This document shows positions 28,426 through 42,136 of a stretch of DNA of 64,000 nucleotides, in pieces. Source of the DNA: Octopus sinensis. Lineage: Eukaryota. Numbering within the stretch: the stretch's first letter is position 1; each line of letters opens with the position of its first letter. Made by a program: the position numbers and the translations under genes. The notes beneath the pieces were generated by a model. The model ran no database searches, had not been told where the DNA came from, and worked only from the letters and a program-made list of their open reading frames with translations. The DNA is taken from the NCBI RefSeq assembly GCF_006345805.1, contig NC_043018.1, forward strand, positions 1 through 64,000. The letters run 5' to 3'.

Positions 28426-28715
28426 AAGGCGGCGAGCTGGCAGAATCGTTAGCACGTCGGGCGAAATAACTTGCGGTATTTCGTCTGCCGCTACGTCCTG
28501 GGTTCAAATTCCGCCGAGGTCAACTTTGCCTTTCATCATTTCGAGGTCGATTAAATAAGTTACGCACTGGGGTCGATATAGTCGACTTAATCCGTTTGCC
28601 TGTCCTTGTTTGTCATCTCTGTGTTTAGTCCCTTGTGGGTAGTAAAGAAATAGGTATTTCGTCTGTCTTTAGGTTCTGGGATCAAATTCCACTTACGTCG
28701 ACTTTGTCTTTCATC
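28426..28715 (+). mobile_element. SINE family C
   Basis: GGCGGCGAGCTGGCAGAATCGTTAGCA...GTTCAAATTCCGCCGAGGTC. Copies at 57137-57350 (+), 57565-57740 (-), and a degenerate one at ~62720-62940. Confidence 0.8.
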
Positions 28716-29200
28716 AACCATCAAACCAACTAACCAGCGACCCACCGACAAACCAACCAACCAGCTGACCAACCGACAAACCAACACCAGTCAACCAACC
28801 GACAAACCAACCAACCAGCTGACCAACTGACAAACCAGCCAACCAGCGACCCACCGACAAACCAATCAACAAGCCGACCAACCGACAAACCAAGCAACAA
28901 GCCGACCAACCGACAAACCAACCAACCAGCGACCAACCGACAAACTAACCAGCAAGCCGACCCACCGACAAACCAACCAACCAGCTGACCAACCGACAAA
29001 CCAACCAACCAGCGACCCACCGACAAACCAACCAACCAGCTGACCAACCAACAAACCAACCAACCAGCGACCCACTGACAAACCAACCAACCAGCAACCC
29101 ACCGACAAACCAACCAACAATCCACCAACGGACAAACCAACCAGGAACCAACCGACAAACCAACCAACCAACCAACCAACCAGGAACCAACCGACAAACC
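28716..29200. repeat. ~27-bp (CCAA)-based minisatellite
   Basis: Unit approximately ACCAACCAACCAGC(T)GACC(C/A)ACCGACAA. Confidence 0.85.
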
Positions 29201-29299
29201 AACTTATAAACAAGGGGAATAGAAAAATTATTTCAATGCCAATATGTTCTCAGCATATTGGCATTGAAATAATTTTTCTATTGCTCTTGTTTATAAGTT
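29201..29299. repeat. Near-perfect ~100-bp hairpin
   Basis: AACTTATAAACAAG...CAATATG-ttctcag-CATATTG...CTTGTTTATAAGTT. Confidence 0.9.
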
Positions 29300-29402
29300 T
29301 ATAATTTTAACCTTTATAGGTATTTTAATATGCTGCCACTCTTGATGAAATTTTTTCTGATAAAAATGTTATCCTATATTATTTGTAGTATTTATATATT
29401 AT

Positions 29403-30988
29403 CTGGCCAAAAGTAAGCTTAAGACAGTTATATCCATTCGTTAATATATTTTTAACAAAACAGTGTAAAATTATTATACTTGTTACAGTTTATGTAGAAT
29501 TTTTTTCTCTTTCGAATGATACAGGCGTTATATACCTTTTTGCAATTTGAATAATTTTAATTCGCAATTTATTCAAACGATTGAAAATTGTCGGCAAGAT
29601 AAGTTTAAGAACGTGCCAACATTATTTTGTTTAAATTGGAAATTTAAGGTACAAATGATCAACGAACAAAAAGTTATTATTAGTATCTAGTTCCATAGCC
29701 ATTATTTTCAATTACGACCTTACAACGGTGGGACATGGAGTTCGACAAATGAACACAAAAATCACTTGGAATGGTCTGCTATATTTCTTCAATAAAATTA
29801 TATATTTGGCACGAATTTATTCATTTTTTATTTAGCATGAACTCTTTTAGAAATATAATTCCATAAATTCTCTATCTGATTCAAATCCGGTCTCTGTGGA
29901 TGCCACTCAATAACCACAATATTATTGCACTTAAAATATTGCAAAACTTTCCTAGCCTTATGAACGGGGCTGGAAAATAGATCTTGGTGGCATCTGATTA
30001 TTTAGATATTGCAGCACATTTTCATTAACTAATTGCAGCTGGCTTACACTGTTGAGTCTGCCATCACCTTTAACAATTGAACTAACACTTAAGCTGCTGA
30101 ACGCGGCCCACACTATTACTCCACCACTTCCCACTTGCAACGTTTTCTCGACACACTTAGGATGGAATTCTTCAGCTAGACGTCGTCTAACATAAGTCTT
30201 TCCGTCTGATCCAAAGATGCAGAAACGGAATTCGTCGCTCCAAAGAACTTTTGACCAGTCTTCAACCGTCCATTCAATATGGCTTTTAGCAAACTTGATC
30301 CACTTCCGCCGATTCGCCCCAGAAATTATCGGCTTCTTTCGAGCGATCCGGTAAAACAGTCCAAATTCTTTTAGGTAGTTTCTGACACTTTGTGGTGTAA
30401 AGTTGATGTCAGTTTCATCAGATAATTGCTTGCAAAAGCCTAATGCTGTTAGCATTCGGTTACCTTCAGAGAGTATATGAATTTGCCGATCGATCTATAC
30501 TGTTGTTTTTGCCGATCTCTGTATTGGTCAGTGGCTTGGTAAAACATCCATGCTTGAACACAAGCATCCTAATTGCTTGCTAATGTCCATGAAGGACACA
30601 TTTTGCTGATGAAGCAACACGATCTTTAATCTAGTAACTATGCTGATACAACGACACTTTCCCATAGAGAATCAATGTTTAACAATCCTCGAACATTAAA
30701 CAAAACGATGCAGTACAACCAGCCTTATGACCACCCATTTCGTTTATTAATTTGATTTGCATAATCTTGGTACGGTCTTAAACATATTTTGCCGACAATT
30801 TCTAATCATTTGAATTAGTTGTGCATTAAAATTATTCGAATTGTAGAAAGAAATATAACGCCTATATCATTCGAAACAGAAAAAAATTCTACGTAAACTG
30901 TAAAAAGTAAGATAATTTTATACAGTTACGTTTAAAATATATTGAAGGAATAGAACTGTTACAATCGGTCTTAAACTTATTTTGGCCA

Positions 30989-30989
<1 letters not shown>
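29403..30989 (-). mobile_element. Tc1-like DNA transposon, IR/DR type, with pseudogenised transposase
   Basis: ~225-bp TIRs (29403-29625 / 30761-30989) with inner and outer direct repeats. ATG near 30665. ARKKP...WSKVLWSDE...GGVIVW...IFQ motifs. Confidence 0.92.
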
Positions 30990-31029
<40 letters not shown>

Positions 31030-31158
31030 TATATATATGTATGCATGTATACAATACGGGGAATAAATTACGCTGTCGAGTACCGTAAGAGCTCTCAGGT
31101 ATAGTCTAGATTCCGGCTAACCACATCAAGTAGATGGGAATAATGTATCCTTCTATAC

Positions 31159-31159
<1 letters not shown>

Positions 31160-31189
<30 letters not shown>

Positions 31190-31725
31190 TTAGCGTCCGT
31201 TTTCCATGTAGCATGGGTTGGACGGTTTAACTGGGGTCTGTGAAGCCGGAAGGCTTCATCAGGCCCAGTCAGATTTGGCAGTGTTTCTACGGCTGGATGC
31301 CCTTTCTAACGCCAACCACTCCGTGAGTGTAGTGGGTGCTTTTTACGTGCCACCTGCACAGGTGCCAGACAGAGCTGGCAAACGGCCACGAACGAATGGT
31401 GTTTTTACGTGCCACCGACACGGGGGCCAGGCGAGGCTGGCAACGGACACGAACGGATGGTGCTTTTACGTGCTACCGGCACGGGTGCCAGGCGAGGCTG
31501 GACACGGACACGAACGGATGGTGCTTTTACGTGCCACCGGCACGGAGGCCAGGCGAGGCTGGCAACGGACACGAACGGATGGTGCTTTTACGTGCTACCG
31601 GCACGGGGCCAGGCGAGGCTGGACACGGACACGAACGGATGGTGCTTTTACGTGCTACCGGCACGGGGGCCAGGCGAGGCTGGCAACGGACGCGAACGGA
31701 TGGTGCTTTTACGTGCTACCGGCAT
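31160..31725 (-). mobile_element. Family-D element with internal ~61-bp tandem array
   Basis: (CAT)n tail and same 3' end as 10133-10330. About 6 copies of TGGTGCTTTTACGTGCTACCGGCACGGG...CACGAACGGA at 31335-31725. Confidence 0.8.
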
Positions 31726-32384
31726 CGTATTAATTTTCGTATTACGAAGAGCTACTAAAGCAATCTACCATAATATGGAGAAACTATCACTCTCCGTAAT
31801 CTTTGTAATTGCTTTGGTTATATATATATACCTGTATTAGAAACGTACTCACCCTCTAAGGAATAACGAGGCAGGCATGCAATATTTCGTATAATTCCTT
31901 CTTGTTTTTCAAATATTTTGATTTTTTAAACTAGAATTCTTTCTATAATTCATTTTATATAGCATGCTTTGGCATATTCATTTGGACCAATTTTTCTCAT
32001 AGATATTGTTGAAATTATAATTTGTAACTATAGAAAATCCATATTAATTTGTGAGCACGTTGAAAAATTATTTTCAGATGTGTGTTATGCACACGTAAGC
32101 AGACATTTCCTATGCATTTCCTTTCAATCTTTAAACTGTTTTGTTTGTGTTCAGTTTGTTTCTTTTTGTCTTATTCGCTTTTGCTTTTGGATGTTGCTTT
32201 TGGAAACTTACCTTGCGAAGTGAGATAAACATATTTATTTGATCTCCAGCGCACTACGAATTCATAAATAATATGTTTCTGATGTAAACCACCAAAGCAC
32301 ATGACGTTTATCTAAAGCATTACAACTGTTTAAAAATTTTGAAACACCGATTATTTCTTGTTGAGGTAGTACCATATCTTCTCA

Positions 32385-32590
32385 CATATATACGAATCGC
32401 CCCAGAAATTATCAGCTTCTTTCGAGCGATCCGGCCGAACAGTCCAAATTCTTTTAGGCAGTTCCTGACAGTTTGTGGTGTAAAGCCGATGACAGTTTCA
32501 TTAGATAATTGCTTAAGAATTCCTGTGAACCTTCGCAACGCTTCAAAGTAACTTAAATCACCTTCGATCCTCAAAAACAATTTAAACATT
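32385..32590 (-). mobile_element. Second Tc1 transposase fragment
   Basis: FTPQTVRNCLKEFGLFGRIARKKLIISGA, homologous to 30310-30430. Confidence 0.8.
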
Positions 32591-32596
32591 TCAATA

Positions 32597-33013
32597 CTCT
32601 CTTTTTCTTTCTCTCTTTTACTTGTTTCAGTCATTTGACTGCGGCCATGCTGGAGCACCGCCTTTAGTCGAGCAAATCGACCCCGGGACTTATTCTTTGT
32701 AAGCCCAGTACTTATTCTATCGGTCTCTTTTGCCGAACCGCTAAGTGACGGGGACGTAAACACACCAGCATCGGTTGTCAAGCAATGCTAGGGGGACAAA
32801 CACAGACACACAAACAAATACACACACACACATATATACATACATATATACGACAGGCTTCTTTCAGTTTCCGTCTACCAAATCCACCCACAAGGCATTG
32901 GTCGGCCCGGGGCTATAGCAGAAGACACTTGCCAAGATGCCACGCAATGGGACTGAACCCAGAACCATGTGGTTGGTAAGTAAGCTACTTACCACACAGC
33001 CACTCCTGCGCCT
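32597..33013 (-). mobile_element. SINE family A, full length
   Basis: TSD ATTTCAAT. Confidence 0.92.
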
Positions 33014-33837
33014 ATTTCAATGTTTCTGCTTTCTAAAAAAACAAATTAGCATTCCATTATTAACGATTTTATTAAATTTAAGAAAATATGGGTAAGATAT
33101 TCCGTTGTATCTAACACCTTATAGCCAACTTAGCGTCACTTTATCCTTAAAAAAATAGATATTCTTGCCCCACTAACCCATCTCTAAGTCATATATGTTT
33201 TTAAAATAGTTTATTATAGTTTAATAAAGCAATAGTGGATTACTATAGTGGATAAATCAAGCTTAATTGCTGGGAAAAAGTCGAAGAATGTGACATTATG
33301 AACAACTTGCATCGGCAAGGTTTTTAGCTACATTTTTCTTCGGAACTCAAACTTTTTTTTTTTCAGACACATAATGCCATGAAAAAATTTTAATTCATGT
33401 ATAGATATATTCGTATAGTTATATTTGCTATATTATACCTACATTCAGGGTAAACAATATCTATACACGAAAGTACCACATAAAATAACGTACGGTATCA
33501 ATTAAAAGATGGATTAAACATATCTAAAGCAACATTAATTGCTAATCAATCAAGGTACTTGGACGCTCATCTCGACCTCAAAGAAAAGACAGTAACATTA
33601 ACAAAATCAAGAAAGTTTTTTAAAACGTAGTATGTTGATTTTTTTTACAGTAATTTCTCTAACATGTCAGCATGGATTTTCAATAAAATTCTTGGTATTT
33701 CAGATAGTTTCAGATGAAAGAGATCTTGCTTCTGAATTACACGCTCACGAGATTTCCAGTTGATGTTCAGTTTGATTACGTTGTGACTTCAAGGAACAGA
33801 TATACATTGGAAAATTTCAATGTGTGGGGATGCAAAG

Positions 33838-33900
<63 letters not shown>

Positions 33901-34158
33901 GCATAATTTTATGTGTATGTGTGTATGTATATGAATATATATATATATTATATATATATATAAATAAATATATACACACAATATGTATGCATGTATATAG
34001 AATGAGAATGAAAGCATATGTATATATATATATATATATGCACCTAACATACGGGCACTCATACCAAGTATTTCGAGTTCCTTACACTAAGCGTTCCAAC
34101 AAAGCTCGCCAAATTCATGTGTAGATGTAAACACAATCACATGTGTGTGTATATATAT

Positions 34159-34938
34159 AGATCTGCTGCCACAAGGTGCTCTCAGTCGGATTTGAACTCA
34201 GAGCGTAATGTATCGCCAATTACAATACAAAGCATTTGATGCTCTGCTGACGCAGTTAATTCGTCTCCCAGCTCAAATATTTAATCTCACGCGTTGACTC
34301 ACCGAGGCTCTGTAATATCCGATATATGATGTAATTGGCATTATGAACCCGATGTCGACTTTGTTGTTCAACTTAAGCTCAATGTGATTTTGATCTTAGT
34401 GCATGCCTAAGATCATAATCATACAGGCTCTGACCATCATCACTTCATTTACAAATGAAATGTGTCATGGATTACATTATGTACCTTCCGTTTTAAAGAT
34501 ATTAAGGTCTGGTATTGTTTAATGTATCCCAGAGCGCAGAAACCGTAGCGCTAATGACACTTTCGAGGGCCTTAGAGGCAAGAAAAATTGAAATTATTTT
34601 AAGATCGGAGAAAAGTGACTTTAATATTTCCAGTATAGTAGAGCGCTCTGAATGTAACCATCATCCAAGGGAAGTAGTTTTAGTGGCTGTGTCGGTGGTG
34701 GTGGTGGTGATGGTGGCGGCTAAGCGGCGGCAGCGGTGACAGCGGCGGATTTGGCTTTGATGCTGATGGTGACAAATGAAGTCATATATACACAAACAAA
34801 ATCAGTCCTTCTGACAACCTTCTACAGTTTCCGTGTAGTAAATCTGATTGTGAAAGATTTGAGAAAGAATTGGGTGCGATGTTTAGCAGATTTATGACCA
34901 CCTATTGATATCCTCCTTGTCTCCAAGAGAATATTGGT
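34159..34938. repeat. Duplicated block A (direct copy at 52105-52865)
   Basis: Colinear high identity starting at AGATCTGCTGCCACAAGG. Confidence 0.93.
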
Positions 34939-36094
34939 AAGAAACCAATATTTAATAATTTTCTCTAAGTTTTCTACCATTTCTTCGAACAGAGAGGTTA
35001 ATTGCAAATGTTAAGCAATAAAACTGTCACACAAAACTCCATTATATTTCTATATAGTTTCGGTTCTTCCCAGCATGCAAATTGCATATGAACTTCCACT
35101 CACAAGAGACTTAAAATTCTACGTAGGTCCGAATTTTCATTTCAATAGATTTGAGGATAAAGAGATGCAGAATGTGTGTGTACATGGGTTGGTTGTGTAC
35201 ATGTATGTGTGTGTGTGTGTGTCGTCTATATATCTGTATGCCTTGTGTGAATGTATGTGAAATAAGAAAGGTGAAAGAAAGGGTACAGAGAGGAGGGGTG
35301 AAAAACGAAGGAGAAAGAGATGGAAATTTAGAAAATGTGTGAGAAAAACACTTACAAATTTGATGAACAGATGACATAGAAAATTGCAGTTTGAGGAAAT
35401 ATCAGTAAAAAAAGAATAATAACGAGTAAAGATATAAAATCAACAGAGAAAATGTCAAAACCTTCATAGTTGTGATATGAATATGTAAATGGCAGCATTT
35501 TAGATTTTGGTGCAATTCTATCAGATCACGAAAAAAAAAAAATCTTAAGTCCGGTTGTCTACTAAAAGTTCAAACGGTCGCCATTTTGTCACAGTGTAAT
35601 GATACGTGTTACAACGTTTAATACAGCTATTTATTATTTGCGCTACATAAATATTAATGTTGTATTCAGTTGAACAAGACTAATATGTAGTGCAGAAGAA
35701 AAGGTTTCATATAAACGCATTCACAGGAGCATGTGTGTTTTCACACAAATACACACGTAGAAACGTATGAGTAATACGTTCTTTCTATGGCTGCATATTT
35801 AACACTGGCATTCACTAACATACGCGGACAATACACACAAACATGCGCAAATGTGTACATATGTGCATTTTATAAATTATCAATTAAGATTTTGATATTT
35901 CAACCATTCAAAATTTATCATACACACTAACATTTAAAGTCACAAGATTTTGACATTTTCTCTGATGATTTTACACAGTTTCTCATTATCATTTGCTCTG
36001 AAATTCACCAGACACGGTTGTCTATGTCATTAGCTCGTCATTGTACAAGTGTGTGGTTGTGCGCATACATATATATGTATATAGATATATATAA

Positions 36095-36295
36095 AGTTAA
36101 TCCAAACAAGAAAACAAAAACAAAAAAACAACAACGCAAGGATGTGGAACAAATAAAGTATTATTGGACGCTCAGGAAAGAAGGGAAGAAGGAGGGTTTG
36201 ACGTTCGAGCGGAGCTCTTCGTCGGAAACATAGAAGGAAAGATCCCGAGAAGGGAAGACAGGGGAAAAATCGCTAGTGATACAGACGAGGTCACA

Positions 36296-36297
<2 letters not shown>
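36095..36297 (-). mobile_element. Penelope-like short repeat with hammerhead-like motif (36196-36229)
   Basis: Minus strand reads gttt-CCGACGA-a-GAGC-tcc-GCTC-GAA-cg-TC-aaac (one core A missing). Confidence 0.55.
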
Positions 36298-36337
<40 letters not shown>

Positions 36338-36373
36338 TATATATATAATATATATATGGTATATATAGTATAT

Positions 36374-36455
<82 letters not shown>

Positions 36456-36895
36456 TATATATATATATATATGTGGTGTGTGTGTGTGTGTATAGTATAT
36501 ATAGTATATATAGTATATATATAATATATATATAGTATATATATATAATATATATATATTGTGTGTGTGTGTGTGTGTGTGTATGTGTGTATGTGTGTGT
36601 ATGTATATGTATGTATATGTATATATATGTATGTATATGTACATACATGTATGTATATGTATATAATATGTATGTATATGTATATATATGTATATATGTA
36701 TATGTATATATGTATGTATGTATATATATATATATGTGTGTGTGGTGTGTGTGTGTATGTATGTATATATAGTATGTATATGTATATATATGTATGTATG
36801 TATATGTATATATATGTATGTATATGTATATACTGTATGTATATGTATATATGTATGTATATGTATATACATATATATGTATGTATGTATGTATA

Positions 36896-36984
<89 letters not shown>

Positions 36985-37216
36985 TCAAGAAAGTTAGAGG
37001 TTGTGAATCCAACCAACTGAGGGATAATATCTATCCAATATACTGCTGGTAGAATACCCAATTATTAACACACAAGTGTTTTTCTTGCATTTAGTGTACT
37101 AAAAGGGTGAAGGTAAAGAGATATTTTACCATTAATTTATATAGCAATAAGAAAATGGAATGGATCAATAGGTGGTTCATCAACTTTTAGACATTATATT
37201 ATGTCAACTTAATTAT

Positions 37217-37348
37217 AAAATCTCTGACGAAGCCTAGAGAAACACCCAAGTACCTCAGTTTCATCTACTTATTACATCAGTCGAGTGGAGAAATAAAGTT
37301 AGAATGAGGTATTTTTGCCTCTTGCCTGAAACAGCTGTAAGATATTTT
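37217..37348 (+). ncRNA. Putative hammerhead ribozyme with long stem II
   Basis: aaaatct-CTGACGA-~97 nt (TACCTCA/TGAGGTA pairing)-GAAA-cagctg-TA-agat. Confidence 0.6.
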
Positions 37349-37574
37349 CCCAATTTATATTCCTGTATGTTATATTTTAATAATTACTCGTATCTTTATA
37401 TATTAATATATTTTAAATGTAAAGCATATGTTATACATGTATGTATATTCTTGTAATTGTCATTTTAGTAAATAATAAATAAGTATGTATGTATACATAT
37501 GTATACACACACACACTCACACACACACACACGCACACACACACACACATAGATATATATATATATAGATATAG

Positions 37575-37786
37575 ATCGCCATGTTGATTCGCTAGCCTCT
37601 GCACGCATTATTTTTTCTCTCCTTGTTTCTTTCTGTGTTTCTTTTCTATGTATCTTTCTGTTGAAGAGCGTAGGCGCGAAACGTAAAAGACTTGTTTTAT
37701 TTATATTCCTGAGCGCCATACTAATACAATTGTTTGTTTGTATTCCACCTGCCTTCGTCTTTTGTTTATTTTCATAAAGCTTCCCG

Positions 37787-37790
<4 letters not shown>
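37575..37790 (+). mobile_element. Penelope-like short repeat with hammerhead-like motif (37653-37690)
   Basis: Reverse complement of the 21449-21595 family. Core CTGTTGA. Confidence 0.6.
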
Positions 37791-37806
<16 letters not shown>

Positions 37807-37831
<25 letters not shown>

Positions 37832-39247
37832 AATTAGAGGATATTTATCCTCGTGAATGGATGGTTGCATCCAAAGAAACACTGTATTGTTGGGTAATGA
37901 AAATCCCTTCAAATATGTTCTCAAAAATTTTAGCTCGTCAGTGAAGTCGCTGAGAGATAATTAGTCAACGGAACTAGGAACAAATCGACTCTACGACAGA
38001 GAACATGCATATAAAGTTCCGCCAATTATGTACCGAAAATATCCAACCAAATGTCCTCATGCTGGCGCTCCAAAACGGAAAGAACTCTGCAGCTAATAAA
38101 GTTCCACAGCGAATCTACCGACTAGAGGACATGGCTATTTAAAAATTAAACAATGAAGGTACAAATTAATATTATTACATAATATTTATTTAAACCAGTG
38201 GGTACCTAGTGCTCGGGTGGTACTATGAATTATATATTACATATATAAATAATATATATATATCCACATACAGGTAACTAGCGACGCATCAGCAAATATC
38301 CATGCATTTTACATTCACATATAATTGCACGCATAAATTTATACGTAGAATCATACTCGTAGATATGAATGCAAACTTAAATACATGAATACTTACACAT
38401 ACAGACCGTTAAAGATAATTAGAAATAGGAAATATATATATATGTATATATATATACATGTTCATGTCTCGTTATTCATTGAAGCATACATACACCCAGG
38501 AATGTAATATAATTATACATGACACATAAATGACAAGAGATGCATAGACACGTTAATGTTACCGTTAATGTTTTTTCATTTTGTAAAGTCACCATTTTAT
38601 TTTATTACATTTACTGTTCGATCACATGATTGACTAAATATGCGCGTGAATAAACGTCTAACCCCTTGGGTTTTATACTAAATTATACGATAAGAGGATG
38701 TCGTACAATATTCGATGGAATTCTTTCGAATTTGACACTAATCTTTCCAAAAAGTTTTAAATATCGTTCACGGTTCATTTTGTTTTTATAACTTTTTTTT
38801 TGTTTTTAACATTGGAAATTTTCCCTTGAAGCTTTGGGATTACCTGTAAATTGAAGAGGAGGTTGAAGACCCCACCACCCCATAAAGAAAAAGAACAATA
38901 TAAAATATAAAATACTCAGACCAAGAAATAAATGCATGAATAAATATATAGTCTTGAACAAAATTCCGAAAATTTGGATAAATGTTGAAAATAAAGCAAA
39001 GTACAAGTTGGAGTACTTAAGTACATGACAGAAAGATTTTTCTTTGGGGGCGGGGGCTGTATTAGTTCATAGGAATTAATATCAGGAGTGCGTAGCCTTG
39101 AGCGACGAAAAGAATTATTCACGTTAAAATGATGAGCTCTCTTTAACTTCTACACATCTTAAATTATTTAAGTTTTACGATTTTTTAAAAACTCCTAAGG
39201 TGTAATGTAGCATTGGAATCGAAATACTATGTCAACCATTTTGTTCT
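37807..39247. repeat. Duplicated block C (inverted copy at 59890-61420)
   Basis: Colinear reverse-complement identity, including an internal (TA)n. Confidence 0.95.
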
Positions 39248-39612
39248 TGAAGGCCTCCGTGTTGAGTGTGAGGCCGTGTAGGATGAATGGAGGCATAACG
39301 TCGCCATCACTAGTGATCACTCCAAGCGCAATGATCTTTAGCGGTTGTTTGATTTTTATCACTCTCGGTACATGTCCTCAGATTGCACTGTCCTTAGAGC
39401 GAAACCTAGTTACTCTGAAATGTTCGAACCGGAGCTTCCGGTGCGAACGCCAAGCAGCACAGCATGTCGTTTTTCCAAATTTCTGGCAGAGTGAATTGTG
39501 CCGCAGTGCTATTTTTCTTACAGACGGTGCCCAACTGACCCTACAATAATGTGTAGTCAGCAAATGCGCATGTGCGAAAATAAGATTGCAACATTTTACC
39601 CATCGCACCCTG
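39248..39612 (-). mobile_element. Deleted maT/DD37D-like mariner, 5' part
   Basis: TIR CAGGGTGCGATGGGTAAAATG. VPRVIKIKQP..I..GVITSDGDVMPPF. Confidence 0.75.
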
Positions 39613-39777
39613 TCTAAATATATATATATATAAATATAGGAGATACGAGGAAAGATATGATAAGAGGAAAACAAGTGCAGTATTCATAGTTTTATTGAAC
39701 GTACGCACGTTAGAGCAGAAAGCCGAAGAAGCTACGCAAGAAACAGAGACTTTAAGCAATCATTCATTCAACTCACT

Positions 39778-40160
39778 TGGAAGCACTCCGTCGGTTACGA
39801 CGACGAGGGTTCCGGTTGATCCGATCAACGGAACAGCCTGCTCGTGAAATTAACGTGTAAGTGGCTGAGCACTCCACAGACACGTGTACCCTTACCGTAG
39901 TTCTCGGGGATATTCAGCGTGACACACAGAGTGACAAGGCCGGCCCTTTGAAAATACAGGTACAACAGAAACAGGAAGTAAGAGTGAGAGAAAGTTGTGG
40001 TGAAAGAGTACAGCAGGGATCACCACCATCCCCTGCCGGAGCCTCGTGGACCTTTAGGTGTTTTCGCTCAATAAACACTCACAACGCCCGGTCTGGTAAT
40101 CGAAACCGCGATCCTACGACCGCGAGTCCGCTGCCCTAACCACTGGGCCATTGCGCCTAC
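39778..40160 (-). mobile_element. SINE family B
   Basis: TSD CAACTCACT. Confidence 0.92.
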
Positions 40161-40626
40161 CAACTCACTTCTGTCTCATAAAGATCTATGTCAAAACTCA
40201 GAAATTATAAGTGTGGGTCGCACTTTACTGTATCTCCCCTTTCAAAGTTTAATTAATCGATTAATCGCTAATTTATTTCAACGATTAAATTTCTATTAAT
40301 CGGTTTCAAATTGAATTTTCTGCCCGTCGTTAATAAATGTGCCGGAGGGCGAGATGCAATTGTAACAACAGTAAAATGGCGGCGGCGGAGAAGAATCGAG
40401 TTATGAAATATAAACCTACATCAGGTCGATTACATGAACATCTTGGATTTAAATTGTTGGCTGACAGTAATATCAAAACTGCTGATAACTTTTATTACAT
40501 CTATTGCGACAAATCGGTATCGAACCATGGATCTAGCGCATCGCTTACTTACCACCTTCAAAATAAACACTCGCTACAGTATTCGAAACCTCACCTCGCA
40601 AAGTTAGTCATTTAGTCATTGGCTGA

Positions 40627-40809
40627 TATTTACGAAGGGGAGACAAATACCCCCAACAGCTAGGCCTGCATTTAGAGACACGCATGTTTCAGGGTCTTTG
40701 TCCATCATCGGTCTAGAGTAGCAGAGGCCTGCTAGCTGAAGATGAAATCTTTATTAAAATCACGCGATTTTACATAGAATTGGACATCACAAGACAAACA
40801 ATTACAAAG
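40627..40809 (-). repeat. Copy of the Tx1-associated 3' tail, with hammerhead (40673-40715)
   Basis: Nearly identical to 44189-44372. Minus strand reads taga-CCGATGA-tggacaaagaccct-GAAA-catgcgtg-TC-tcta. Confidence 0.8.
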
Positions 40810-41350
40810 ACAGCGGTGGTGTCATCTACTTCCAAGCAGACTACTTCGAATTAGTATCATCGTCTGTCTGATCATTTGGTGAGTGTTACTGTACAATGCG
40901 ACATTAAAATATCACTTGCAAACTGGATAGCTAATAACCGTAGACTAACATCGATACTAGAAGATGATGGTCTTCAGCAAGAGTAGCGTACAGCGCTTCA
41001 AAATGCCGAATACAAACGACCTTGCCGGCGCACAGCTGATGAAATGTTGGCTGATATTTATAGCATCAAACGAGAAAGTGGTAAAGAAGCAGTGAAAAAT
41101 CGAAAGGCAATTGCACTAGCATCTAATTTTTTGGCATCTGTAGGTGATGCAATTTATTGCGGAATCACAGGCCATTGGATTGCTGGTGACTGGAATTTAA
41201 TAAGTGTTACTTTTTGAATATGTTCATGGTGTTGAGTTATAGAAACAATTTGTAAAAGACTGGGATATAGCAAAGAATATTCAGGTTCTAGTAAGAGACA
41301 ATGCACGAAATTTGGTTTCAGCTGTTAATCAAACTGGTTTTGCTCATATG

Positions 41351-41734
41351 TGGAGGCGCAATGTCCCAGTGGTTAGGGCAGCGGACTCGCGGTTATAGGA
41401 TCGCGGTTTCGATTCCCAGACCGGGCGTTGTGAGTGTTTATTGAGCGAAAACACCTAAAGGTCCACGAGGCTCCGGCAGGGGATGGTGGTGATCCCTGCT
41501 GTACTCTTTCACCACAACTTTCTCTCACTCTTACTTTCTGTTTCTGTTGAACCTGTATTTCAAAAGGCCGGCCTTGTCACTCTCTGTGTCACGCTGAATA
41601 TCCCCGAGAACTACATTAAGGGTGCACGTGTCTGTGGAGTGCTCAGCCACTTACACGTTAATTTCACGAGCAGGCTGTTCCGTTGATTCGGATCAACCGG
41701 AACCCTCATCGTCGTAACCGACGGAGTGCTTCCA
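41351..41734 (+). mobile_element. SINE family B nested in hAT
   Basis: TSD TTGCTCATAT. Confidence 0.93.
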
Positions 41735-42136
41735 CATTGCTCATATTCCGTGTTTGGTTCATAGCCTGCAGTTGAGCATATTGCATGGGTCTAAAGCCGC
41801 AGATACAGAAACATTGTTTGTTAAATGTCGAAAAATCATAGGACATTTTAAACATAGTCCTATCCACATAATTGAATTGCAGAATTGTAGTGATTTGCCA
41901 TTTCGTAATCTACAACATGTTCCAATAAGAAGGAACAGTTTTTTCTAATGCTGCAGAGTCTGCTGCAGGCCAGAGAAGTAATATCCATCTATATGTCAGA
42001 CGGATGAAGAGAAGAAATATAGAGGTCCAAAACTGTTCGATTATGATTGAGAAAAAATTTCAAAATACATCAACGTTTTAGACTTATTTTGTCAGGCTAT
42101 GGCCCTGCTTGACGGTGAAAATATGTGTCATGTGGA

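Noticed and set aside
31335-31725. CRISPR-like regular repeats
   Set aside because: Tandem units with no unique spacers, no cas genes, eukaryotic context.
41351-41425. tRNA-like sequences with A and B boxes
   Set aside because: SINE heads followed by SINE body and TSDs, not tRNA genes.
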